Part shown: positions 15,001 through 28,600 of the stretch, piece after piece
Numbering within the stretch: the first letter of the stretch is position 1
Layout of the letters: every line of letters starts with the position of its first letter
Assembly (NCBI GenBank): GCA_964057225.1
Contig: OZ059899.1
Span: 16,926,001-16,990,000, forward strand
Direction of reading: 5' to 3'
Origin: Auanema rhodensis
Taxonomy: Eukaryota > Animalia > Nematoda
DNA length: 64,000 bases
Made by a program: the position numbers and the translations under genes
The notes under the pieces: generated by a model
What the model was told of the DNA's origin: nothing
Database searches by the model: none
The model's input: the letters and a program-made list of their open reading frames with translations, nothing else

Positions 15001-18000
15001 CACTTCTACATTTAATTAGCATAAATTAAAGTTCACGTGAATTTCAAAGTCATGGTTACCATGCACCAATATCAATAATATTATGTTTTTAGACTAATAT
15101 GGACACGCCGAATTCAAATTTGAAAACAGTATCTCTTTATCTTTTACCGGAATTGAGTTACACAACATGTGCACTTCACTTGTACATTTAATTAGCATAA
15201 ATTAAAGTTCACGTGAATTTCAAAGTCATGGTTACCATGCACCAATATCAATAAAAATTTGTTTTTAGACTAATATGGACATGGGGAATCTAATTTTGAG
15301 AACTGCATCTCTTTATCTTTCACGTGAAGCGAGTTACATACCATGTGCACTTCACTTCTACATTTAATTAGCATAAATTAAAGTTCACGTGAATTTCAAA
15401 GTCATGGTTACCATGCACCAATATCAATAATATTATGTTTTTAGACTAATATGGACACGCCGAATTCAAATTTGAAAACAGTATCTCTTTATCTTTCACG
15501 GGAAGCGAGTTACATACCATGTGCACTTCACTTCTACATTTAATTAGCATAAATTAAAGTTCACGTGAATTTCAAAGTCATGGTTACCATGCACCAATAT
15601 CAATAATATTATGTTTTTAGACTAACATGGACACGCCGAATTCAAATTTGAAAACAGTATCTCTTTATCTTTTACCGGAATTGAGTTACACAACATGTGC
15701 ACTTCACTTGTACATTTAATTAGCATAAATTAAAGTTCACGTGAATTTCAAAGTCATGGTTACCATGCACCAATATCAATAATATTATGTTTTTAGACTA
15801 ATATGGACACGCGGAATTCAAATTTGAAAACAGTATCTCTTTATCTTTCACGGGAAGCGAGTTACATACCATATGCACTTCACTTCTACATTTAATTAGC
15901 ATAAATTAAAGTTCACGTAAATATCAAAGTCATGGTTACCATGCACCAATATCAATAATATTATGTTTTAAGACTAATATGGACACGCGGAATTCAAATT
16001 TGAAAACAGTATCTCTTTATCTTTCACGGGAAGCGAGTTACATACCATGTGCACTTCACTTCTACATTTAATTAGCATAAATTAAAGTTCACGTGAATTT
16101 CAAAGTCATGGTTACCATACACCAATATCAATAATATTATGTTTTTAGACTAACATGGACACGCCGAATTCAAATTTGAAAACAGTATCTCTTTATCTTT
16201 CACGGGAAGCGAGTTACATACCATGTGCACTTCACTTCTACATTTAAATAGCATAAATTAAAGTTCACGTGAATTTCAAAGTCATGGTTACCATGCACCA
16301 ATATCAATAATATTATGTTTTTAGACTAATATGGACACGCCGAATTCAAATTTGAACACAGTATCTCTTTATCTTTCACGGGAAGCGAGTTACATACCAT
16401 GTGCACTTCACTTGTACATTTAATTAGCATAAATTAAAGTTCACGTGAATTTCAAAGTCATGGTTACCATGCACCAATATCAATAATATTATGTTTTAAG
16501 ACTAATATGGACACGCGGAATTCAAATTTGAAAACAGTATCTCTTTATCTTTCACGGGAAGCGAGTTACATACCATATGCACTTCACTTCTACATTTAAT
16601 TAGCATAAATTAAAGTTCACGTAAATATCAAAGTCATGGTTACCATGCACCAACATCAATAATATTATGTTTTTAGACTAATATGGACACGCGGAATTCA
16701 AATTTGAAAACAGTATCTCTTTATCTTTTACCGGAATTGAGTTACACAACATGTGCACTTCACTTGTACATTTAATTAGCATAAATTAAAGTTCACGTGA
16801 ATTTCAAAGTCATGGTTACCATGCACCAATATCAATAATATTATGTTTTTAGACTAATATGGACACGCCGAATTCAAATTTGAACACAGTATCTCTTTAT
16901 CTTTCACGGGAAGCGAGTTACATACCATGTGCACTTCACTTGTATATTTAATTATCATAAATCAAAGTTCACGTGAATTTCAAAGTCATGGTCACCATGC
17001 ACCAATATCAATAATATTATGTTTTTAGACTAATATGGACACGCCGAATTCAAATTTTAACACAGTATCTCTTTATCTTTCACGGGAAGCGAGTTACATA
17101 CCATGTGCACTTCACTTGTACATTTAATTAGCATAAATTAAAGTTCACGTGAATTTCAAAGTCATGGTTACCATGCACCAATATCAATAATATTATGTTT
17201 TTAGACTAACATGGACACGCCAAATTCAAATTTGAAAACAGTATCTCTTTATCTTTCACGGGAAGCGAGTTACATACCATGTGCACTTCACTTGTACATT
17301 TAATTAGCATAAATTAAAGTTCACGTGAATTTCAAAGTCATGGTTACCATACACCAATATCAATAATATTATGTTTTTAGACTAATATGGACACGCCGGA
17401 TTCAAATTTGAAAACAGTATCTCTTTATCTTTTACCGGAATTGAGTTACACAACATGTGCACTTCACTTGTACATTTAATTAGCATAAATTAAAGTTCAC
17501 GTGAATTTCAAAGTCATGGTTACCATGCACCAATATCAATAATATTTTGTTTTTAGACTAATATGGACACGCCGAATTCAAATTTGAAAACAGTATCTCT
17601 TTATCTTTTACCGGAATTGAGTTACACAACATGTGCACTTCACTTGTACATTTAATTAGCATAAATTAAAGTTCACGTGAATTTCAAAGTCATGGTTACC
17701 ATGCACCAATATCAATAATATTATGTTTTTAGACTAATATGGACACGCCGAATTCAAATTTGAAAACAGTATCTCTTTATCTTTCACGGGAAGCGAGTTA
17801 CATACCATGTGCACTTCACTTGTACATTTAATTAGCATAAATTAAAGTTCACGTGAATTTCAAAGTCATGGTTACCATGCACCAATATCAATAATATTAT
17901 GTTTTTAGACTAATATGGACACGCCGAATTCAAATTTGAACACAGTATCTCTTTATCTTTCACGGGAAGCGAGTTACATACCATGTGCACTTCACTTGTA

Positions 18001-19597
18001 CATTTAATTAGCATAAATTAAAGTTCACGTGAATTTCAAAGTCATGGTTACCATGCACCAATATCAATAATATTATGTTTTTAGACTAATATGGACACGC
18101 CGGATTCAAATTTGAAAACAGTATCTCTTTATCTTTTACCGGAATTGAGTTACACAACATGTGCACTTCACTTGTACATTTAATTAGCATAAATTAAAGT
18201 TCACGTGAATTTCAAAGTCATGGTTACCATGCACCAATATCAATAATATTATGTTTTTAGACTAATATGGACACGCCGAATTCAAATTTGAAAACAGTAT
18301 CTCTTTATCTTTCACGGGAAGCGAGTTACATACCATGTGCACTTCACTTCTACATTTAATTAGCATAAATTAAAGTTCACGTGAATTTCAAAGTCATGGT
18401 TACCATGCACCAATATCAATAATATTATGTTTTTAGACTAATATGGACACGCCGAATTCAAATTTGAAAACAGTATCTCTTTATCTTTTACCGGAATTGA
18501 GTTACACAACATGTGCACTTCACTTGTACATTTAATTAGCATAAATTAAAGTTCACGTGAATTTCAAAGTCATGGTTACCATGCACCAATATCAATAAAA
18601 ATTTGTTTTTAGACTAATATGGACATGGGGAATCTAATTTTGAGAACTGCATCTCTTTATCTTTCACGTGAAGCGAGTTACATACCATGTGCACTTCACT
18701 TCTACATTTAATTAGCATAAATTAAAGTTCACGTGAATTTCAAAGTCATGGTTACCATGCACCAATATCAATAATATTATGTTTTTAGACTAATATGGAC
18801 ACGCCGAATTCAAATTTGAAAACAGTATCTCTTTATCTTTTACCGGAATTGAGTTACACAACATGTGCACTTCACTTGTACATTTAATTAGCATAAATTA
18901 AAGTTCACGTGAATTTCAAAGTCATGGTTACCATGCACCAATATCAATAATATTATGTTTTAAGACTAATATGGACACGCGGAATTCAAATTTGAAAACA
19001 GTATCTCTTTATCTTTCACGGGAAGCGAGTTACATACCATGTGAACTTCACTTCTACATTTAATTAGCATAAATTAAAGTTCACGTGAATTTCAAAGTCA
19101 TGGTTACCATACACCAATATCAATAATATTATGTTTTTAGACTAACATGGACACGCCAAATTCAAATTTGAAAACAGTATCTCTTTATCTTTCACGGGAA
19201 GCGAGTTACATACCATGTGCACTTCACTTCTACATTTAATTAGCATAAATTAAAGTTCACGTGAATTTCAAAGTCATGGTTACCATGCACCAATATCAAT
19301 AATATTATGTTTTAAGACTAACATGGACACGCCGAATTCAAATTTGAAAACAGTATCTCTTTATCTTTTACCGGAATTGAGTTACACAACATGTGCACTT
19401 CACTTGTACATTTAATTAGCATAAATTAAAGTTCACGTGAATTTCAAAGTCATGGTTACCATGCACCAATATCAATAATATTATGTTTTTAGACTAATAT
19501 GGACACGCGGAATTCAAATTTGAAAACAGTATCTCTTTATCTTTCACGGGAAGCGAGTTACATACCATGTGCACTTCACTTCTACATTTAATTAGCA
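1..19597. repeat. Tandem satellite array A, 176-bp monomer, about 111 copies (continues beyond the left edge of the window)
   Basis: TTATCTTT(C/T)AC.. recurs at 1, 177, 2641, 5281 ... 18481, i.e. at exact multiples of 176. Monomers differ only by substitutions. The array stops mid-monomer at ...TTTAATTAGCA (19597). Confidence 0.98.
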
Positions 19598-19602
19598 GGG
19601 GT

Positions 19603-22600
19603 GGGTGAAAATCGAGGAAGTTCACACTTATATCAGTTGATATCTCGGTGCATTTTTAAGCTAGCGCAAATCTGATAACACAGATGGACGCAGCTTACAA
19701 ATATGCATCGAATGCACTATACTACATGGAGAAACGCTCAATACAAAATTTATTTATGATCGTTTGAAAAATGATGCATTAGTGTATGTTGAGTTCCCAT
19801 GTACACTCAACATTGCTTCCAAAAACATTTTGACAAAAATTTTTCCGAAAAATTTCGAAATAATTTCGCAAAAAGTAGATGTTTTTAGATTCCTTTTTTC
19901 AATGCAAAGACGATGGACAATGTTATTCAACGAAAAAATTAATTCTTCAGGGTGAAAATCGAGGATATAAGTGTGAACTTATATCAGTTGATATCTCGGT
20001 GCATTTTTAAGCTAGCGCAAATCTGATAACACAGATCGACGCAGCTTACAAATCCGCATCGAATGCACTATACTACATTGAGAAACGCTCAATACAAAAT
20101 TTATTTATGATTGTTTGAAAAATGATGCATTAGTGTATGTTGAGTTTCCATGTACGCTCAACATTGCTTCCAAAAACATTTTGAGAAAAATTTTTCCGAA
20201 AAATTTCAGAATCATTTCACAAAAAGTAGATGTTTTTAGATTCCTTTTTTTAAGGCGAAGACGATGGACAATGTTATTCAACGAAAAAATTAATTCTTCA
20301 GGGTGAAAATCGAGGAAGTTCACACTTATATCAGTTGATATCTCGGTCCATTTTTAAGCTAGCGCAAATCTGATAACACAGATCGACGCAGCTTACAAAT
20401 CCGCATCGAATGCACTATACTACATTGAGAAACGCTCAATACAAAATTTATTTATGATTGTTTGAAAAATGATGCATTAGTGTATGTTGAGTTTCCATGT
20501 ACGCTCAACATTGCTTCCAAAAACATTTTGAGAAAAATTTTTCCGAAAAATTTCAGAATCATTTCACAAAAAGTAGATGTTTTTAGATTCCTTTTTTTAA
20601 GGCGAAGACGATGGACAATGTTATTCAACGAAAAAATTAATTCTTCAGGGTGAAAATCGAGGAAGTTCACACTTATATCAGTTGATATCTCGGTGCATTT
20701 TTAAGCTAGCGCAAATCTGATAACACAGATCGACGCAACTTACAAATCCGCATCGAATGCACTATACTACATTGAGAAACGCTCAATACAAAAATTAGCT
20801 ATGATCGTTTGAAAAATGATGCATTAGTGTATGTTGAGTTTCCATGTACACTCAACATTGCTTCCAAAAACATTTTGACAAAAATTTTTCCGAAAAATTT
20901 CGAAATAATTTCGCAAAAAGTAGATGTTTTTAGATTCCTTTTTTCAAGGCAAAACGATGGACAATGTTATTCAACGAAAAAATTAATTCTTCAGGGTGAA
21001 AATCGAGGATATAAGTGTGAACTTATATCAGTTGATATCTCGGTGCATTTTTAAGCTAGCGCAAATCTGATAACACAGATCGACGCAGCTTACAAATCCG
21101 CATCGAATGCACTATACTACATTGAGAAACGCTCAATACAAAATTTATTTATGATTGTTTGAAAAAAGATGCATTAGTGTATGTTGAGTTTCCATGTACG
21201 CTCAACATTGCTTCCAAAAACATTTTGAGAAAAATTTTTCCGAAAAATTTCAGAATCATTTCACAAAAAGTAGATGTTTTTAGATTCCTTTTTTTAAGGC
21301 GAAGACGATGGACAATGTTATTCAACGAAAAAATTAATTCTTCAGGGTGAAAATCGAGGATATAAGTGTGAACTTATATCAGTTGATATCTCGGTGCATT
21401 TTTAAGCTAGCGCAAATCTGATAACACAGATCGACGCAGCTTACAAATCCGCATCGAATGCACTATACTACATTGAGAAACGCTCAATACAAAATTTATT
21501 TATGATTGTTTGAAAAATGATGCATTAGTGTATGTTGAGTTTCCATGTACGCTCAACATTGCTTCCAAAAACATTTTGAGAAAAATTTTTCCGAAAAATT
21601 TCAGAATCATTTCACAAAAAGTAGATGTTTTTAGATTCCTTTTTTTAAGGCGAAGACGATGGACAATGTTATTCAACGAAAAAATTAATTCTTCAGGGTG
21701 AAAATCGAGGAAGTTCACACTTATATCAGTTGATATCTCGGTGCATTTTTAAGCTAGCGCAAATCTGATAACACAGATCGACGCAACTTACAAATCCGCA
21801 TCGAATGCACTATACTACATTGAGAAACGCTCAATACAAAAATTAGCTATGATCGTTTGAAAAATGATGCATTAGTGTATGTTGAGTTTCCATGTACACT
21901 CAACATTGCTTCCAAAAACATTTTGACAAAAATTTTTCCGAAAAATTTCGAAATAATTTCGCAAAAAGTAGATGTTTTTAGATTCCTTTTTTCAAGGCAA
22001 AGACGATGGACAATGTTATTCAACGAAAAAATTAATTCTTCAGGGTGAAAATCGAGGATATAAGTGTGAACTTATATCAGTTGATATCTCGGTGCATTTT
22101 TAAGCTAGCGCAAATCTGATAACACAGATCGACGCAGCTTACAAATCCGCATCGAATGCACTATACTACATTGAGAAACGCTCAATACAAAATTTATTTA
22201 TGATTGTTTGAAAAAAGATGCATTAGTGTATGTTGAGTTTCCATGTACGCTCAACATTGCTTCCAAAAACATTTTGACAAAAATTTTTCCGAAAAATTTC
22301 GAAATAATTTCGCAAAAAGTAGATGTTTTTAGATTCCTTTTTTCAAGGCAAAGACGATGGACAATGTTATTCAACGAAAAAATTAATTCTTCAGGGTGAA
22401 AATCGAGGAAGTTCACACTTATATCAGTTGATATCTCGGTGCATTTTTAAGCTAGCGCAAATCTGATAACACAGATCGACGCAACTTACAAATCCGCATC
22501 GAATGCACTATACTACATTGAGAAACGCTCAATACAAAATTTATTTATGATTGTTTGAAAAATGATGCATTAGTGTATGTTGAGTTTCCATGTACGCTCA

Positions 22601-25600
22601 ACATTGCTTCCAAAAACATTTTGAGAAAAATTTTTCCGAAAAATTTCAGAATCATTTCACAAAAAGTAGATGTTTTTAGATTCCTTTTTTTAAGGCGAAG
22701 ACGATGGACAATGTTATTCAACGAAAAAATTAATTCTTCAGGGTGAAAATCGAGGAAGTTCACACTTATATCAGTTGATATCTCGGTGCATTTTTAAGCT
22801 AGCGCAAATCTGATAACACAGATCGACGCAACTTACAAATCCGCATCGAATGCACTATACTACATTGAGAAACGCTCAATACAAAAATTAGCTATGATCG
22901 TTTGAAAAATGATGCATTAGTGTATGTTGAGTTTCCATGTACACTCAACATTGCTTCCAAAAACATTTTGACAAAAATTTTTCCGAAAAATTTCGAAATA
23001 ATTTCGCAAAAAGTAGATGTTTTTAGATTCCTTTTTTCAAGGCAAAACGATGGACAATGTTATTCAACGAAAAAATTAATTCTTCAGGGTGAAAATCGAG
23101 GATATAAGTGTGAACTTATATCAGTTGATATCTCGGTGCATTTTTAAGCTAGCGCAAATCTGATAACACAGATCGACGCAGCTTACAAATCCGCATCGAA
23201 TGCACTATACTACATTGAGAAACGCTCAATACAAAATTTATTTATGATTGTTTGAAAAAAGATGCATTAGTGTATGTTGAGTTTCCATGTACGCTCAACA
23301 TTGCTTCCAAAAACATTTTGAGAAAAATTTTTCCGAAAAATTTCAGAATCATTTCACAAAAAGTAGATGTTTTTAGATTCCTTTTTTTAAGGCGAAGACG
23401 ATGGACAATGTTATTCAACGAAAAAATTAATTCTTCAGGGTGAAAATCGAGGATATAAGTGTGAACTTATATCAGTTGATATCTCGGTGCATTTTTAAGC
23501 TAGCGCAAATCTGATAACACAGATCGACGCAGCTTACAAATCCGCATCGAATGCACTATACTACATTGAGAAACGCTCAATACAAAATTTATTTATGATT
23601 GTTTGAAAAATGATGCATTAGTGTATGTTGAGTTTCCATGTACGCTCAACATTGCTTCCAAAAACATTTTGAGAAAAATTTTTCCGAAAAATTTCAGAAT
23701 CATTTCACAAAAAGTAGATGTTTTTAGATTCCTTTTTTTAAGGCGAAGACGATGGACAATGTTATTCAACGAAAAAATTAATTCTTCAGGGTGAAAATCG
23801 AGGAAGTTCACACTTATATCAGTTGATATCTCGGTGCATTTTTAAGCTAGCGCAAATCTGATAACACAGATCGACGCAACTTACAAATCCGCATCGAATG
23901 CACTATACTACATTGAGAAACGCTCAATACAAAAATTAGCTATGATCGTTTGAAAAATGATGCATTAGTGTATGTTGAGTTTCCATGTACACTCAACATT
24001 GCTTCCAAAAACATTTTGACAAAAATTTTTCCGAAAAATTTCGAAATAATTTCGCAAAAAGTAGATGTTTTTAGATTCCTTTTTTCAAGGCAAAGACGAT
24101 GGACAATGTTATTCAACGAAAAAATTAATTCTTCAGGGTGAAAATCGAGGATATAAGTGTGAACTTATATCAGTTGATATCTCGGTGCATTTTTAAGCTA
24201 GCGCAAATCTGATAACACAGATCGACGCAGCTTACAAATCCGCATCGAATGCACTATACTACGTTGAGAAACGCTCAATACAAAATTTATTTATGATTGT
24301 TTGAAAAATGATGCATTAGTGTATGTTGAGTTTCCATGTACGCTCAACATTGCTTCCAAAAACATTTTGAGAAAAATTTTTCCGAAAAATTTCAGAATCA
24401 TTTCACAAAAAGTAGATGTTTTTAGATTCCTTTTTTTAAGGCGAAGACGATGGACAATGTTATTCAACGAAAAAATTAATTCTCCAGGGTGAAAATCGAG
24501 GATATAAGTGTGAACTTATATCAGTTGATATCTCGGTGCATTTTTAAGCTAGCGCAAATCTGATAACACAGATCGACGCAGCTTACAAATCCGCATCGAA
24601 TGCACTATACTACATTGAGAAACGCTCAATACAAGAATTATTTATGATCGTTTGAAAAATGATGCATTAGTGTATGTTGAGTTCCCATGTACACTCAACA
24701 TTGCTTCCAAAAACATTTTGACAAAAATTTTTCCGAAAAATTTCGAAATAATTTCGCAAAAAGTAGATGTTTTTAGATTCCTTTTTTCAAGGCAAAGACG
24801 ATGGACAATGTTATTCAACGAAAAAATTAATTCTTCAGGGTGAAAATCGAGGAAGTTCACACTTATATCAGTTGATATCTCGGTGCATTTTTAAGCTAGC
24901 GCAAATCTGATAACACAGATCGACGCAGCTTACAAATCCGCATCGAATGCACTATACTACATTGAGAAACGCTCAATACAAAATTTATTTATGATTGTTT
25001 GGAAAAAGATGCATTAGTGTATGTTGAGTTTCCATGTACGCTCAACATTGCTTCCAAAAACATATTGAGAAAAATTTTTCCGAAAAATTTCAGAATCATT
25101 TCACAAAAAGTAGATTTTTTTAGATTCCTTTTTTTAAGGCGAAGACGATGGACAATGTTATTCAACGAAAAAATTAATTCTTCAGGGTGAAAATCGAGGA
25201 AGTTCACACTTATATCAGTTGATATCTCGGTGCATTTTTAAGCTAGCGCAAATCTGATAACACAGATCGACGCAGCTTACAAATCCGCATCGAATGCACT
25301 ATACTACATTGAGAAACGCTCAATACAAAATTTATTTATGATTGTTTGAAAAAAGATGCATTAGTGTATGTTGAGTTTCCATGTACGCTCAACATTGCTT
25401 CCAAAAACATTTTGAGAAAAATTTTTCCGAAAAATTTCAGAATCATTTCACAAAAAGTAGATTTTTTTAGATTCCTTTTTTTAAGGCGAAGACGATGGAC
25501 AATGTTATTCAACGAAAAAATTAATTCTTCAGGGTGAAAATCGAGGAAGTTCACACTTATATCAGTTGATATCTCGGTGCATTTTTAAGCTAGCGCAAAT

Positions 25601-28600
25601 CTGATAACACAGATCGACGCAGCTTACAAATCCGCATCGAATGCACTATACTACGTTGAGAAACGCTCAATACAAAATTTATTTATGATTGTTTGAAAAA
25701 AGATGCATTAGTGTATGTTGAGTTTCCATGTACGCTCAACATTGCTTCCAAAAACATTTTGAGAAAACTTTTTCCGAAAAATTTCAGAATCATTTCACAA
25801 AAAGTAGATGTTTTTAGATTCCTTTTTTTAAGGCGAAGACGATGGACAATGTTATTCAACGAAAAGATTAATTCTCCAGGGTGAAAATCGAGGATATAAG
25901 TGTGAACTTATATCAGTTGATATCTCGGTGCATTTTTAAGCTAGCGCAAATCTGATAACACAGATCGACGCAGCTTACAAATCCGCATCGAATGCACTAT
26001 ACTACATTGAGAAACGCTCAATACAAAATTTATTTATGATTGTTTGAAAAAAGATGCATTAGTGTATGTTGAGTTTCCATGTACGCTCAACATTGCTTCC
26101 AAAAACATTTTGAGAAAACTTTTTCCGAAAAATTTCAGAATCATTTCACAAAAAGTAGATGTTTTTAGATTCCTTTTTTTAAGGCGAAGACGATGGACAA
26201 TGTTATTCAACGAAAAAATTAATTCTCCAGGGTGAAAATCGAGGATATAAGTGTGAACTTATATCAGTTGATATCTCGGTGCATTTTTAAGCTAGCGCAA
26301 ATCTGATAACACAGATCGACGCAGCTTACAAATCCGCATCGAATGCACAATACTACATTGAGAAACGCTCAATACAAAAATTAGCTATGATCGTTTGAAA
26401 AATGATGCATTAGTGTATGTTGAGTTTCCATGTACACTCAACATTGCTTCCAAAAACATTTTGACAAAAATTTTTCCGAAAAATTTCGAAATAATTTCGC
26501 AAAAAGTAGATGTTTTTAGATTCCTTTTTTCAAGGCAAAGACGATGGACAATGTTATTCAACGAAAAAATTAATTCTTCAGGGTGAAAATCGAGGATATA
26601 AGTGTGAACTTATATCAGTTGATATCTCGGTGCATTTTTAAGCTAGCGCAAACCTGATAACACAGATCGACACAACTTAAAAATCCGCATCGAATGCGCT
26701 ATACTACATTGAGAAACGCTTAATACAAAAATTAGCTATGATCGTTTGAAAAATGATGCATTAGTGTATGTTGAGTTTCCATGTACGCTCAACATTGCTT
26801 CCAAAAACATTTTGAGAAAAATTTTTCCGAAAAATTTCAGAATCATTTCACAAAAAGTAGATGTTTTTAGATTCCTTTTTTTAAGGCGAAGACGATGGAC
26901 AATGTTATTCAACGAAAAAATTAATTCTTCAGGGTGAAAATCGAGGAAGTTCACACTTATATCAGTTGATATCTCGGTGCATTTTTAAGCTAGCGCAAAT
27001 CTGATAACACAGATCGACGCAGCTTACAAATCCGCATCGAATGCACTATACTACATTGAGAAACGCTCAATACAAAATTTATTTATGATTGTTTGAAAAA
27101 AGATGCATTAGTGTATGTTGAGTTTCCATGTACGCTCAACATTGCTTCCAAAAACATTTTGAGAAAAATTTTTCCGAAAAATTTCAGAATCATTTCACAA
27201 AAAGTAGATGTTTTTAGATTCCTTTTTTCAAGGCGAAGACGATGGACAATGTTATTCAACGAAAAAATTAATTCTCCAGGGTGAAAATCGAGGATATAAG
27301 TGTGAACTTATATCAGTTGATATCTCGGTGCATTTTTAAGCTAGCGCGAATCTGATAACACAGATCGACGCAGCTTACAAATCCGCATCGAATGCACTAT
27401 ACTACATTGAGAAACGCTCAATACAAAATTTATTTATGATTGTTTGAAAAAAGATGCATTAGTGTATGTTGAGTTTCCATGTACGCTCAACATTGCTTCC
27501 AAAAACATTTTGAGAAAACTTTTTCCGAAAAATTTCAGAATCATTTCACAAAAAGTAGATGTTTTTAGATTCCTTTTTTTAAGGCGAAGACGATGGACAA
27601 TGTTATTCAACGAAAAAATTAATTCTCCAGGGTGAAAATCGAGGATATAAGTGTGAACTTATATCAGTTGATATCTCGGTGCATTTTTAAGCTAGCGCAA
27701 ATCTGATAACACAGATCGACGCAGCTTACAAATCCGCATCGAATGCACTATACTACATTGAGAAACGCTCAATACAAAATTTATTTATGATTGTTTGAAA
27801 AAAGATGCATTAGTGTATGTTGAGTTTCTATGTACGCTCAACATTGCTTCCAAAAACATTTTGAGAAAACTTTTTCCGAAAAATTTCATAATCATTTCAC
27901 AAAAAGTAGATGTTTTTAGATTCCTTTTTTTAAGGCGAAGACGATGGACAATGTTATTCAACGAAAAAATTAATTCTCCAGGGTGAAAATCGAGGATATA
28001 AGTGTGAACTTATATCAGTTGATATCTCGGTGCATTTTTAAGCTAGCGCAAATCTGATAACACAGATCGACGCAGCTTACAAATCCGCATCGAATGCACT
28101 ATACTACATTGAAAAACGCTTAATACAAAACTTAGTTATGATCGTTTGAAAAAAGATGCATTAGTGTATGTTGAGTTTCCATGTACGCTCAACATTGCTT
28201 CCAAAAACATTTTGAGAAAAATTTTTCCGAAAAATTTCGAAATAATTTCGCAAAAAGTAGATGTTTTTAGATTCCTTTTTTCAAGGCAAAGACGATGGAC
28301 AATGTTATTCAACGAAAAAATTAATTCTTCAGGGTGAAAATCGAGGATATAAGTGTGAACTTATATCAGTTGATATCTCGGTGCATTTTTAATCTAGCGC
28401 AAATCTGATCACACAGATCGACGCAGCTTACAAATCCGCATCGAATGCACTATACTACATTGAGAAACGCTTAATACAAAACTTAGTTATGATCGTTTGA
28501 AAAAAGATGCATTAGTGTATGTTGAGTTTCCATGTACGCTCAACATTGCTTCCAAAAACATTTTGAGAAAAATTTTTCCGAAAAATTTCGAAATAATTTC

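Noticed and set aside
19641-19650. ATCTCGGTG in satellite B resembling the tRNA-Gln T-stem next to the PBS match
   Set aside because: Only a 9-nt match with no further tRNA structure, so probably coincidence.
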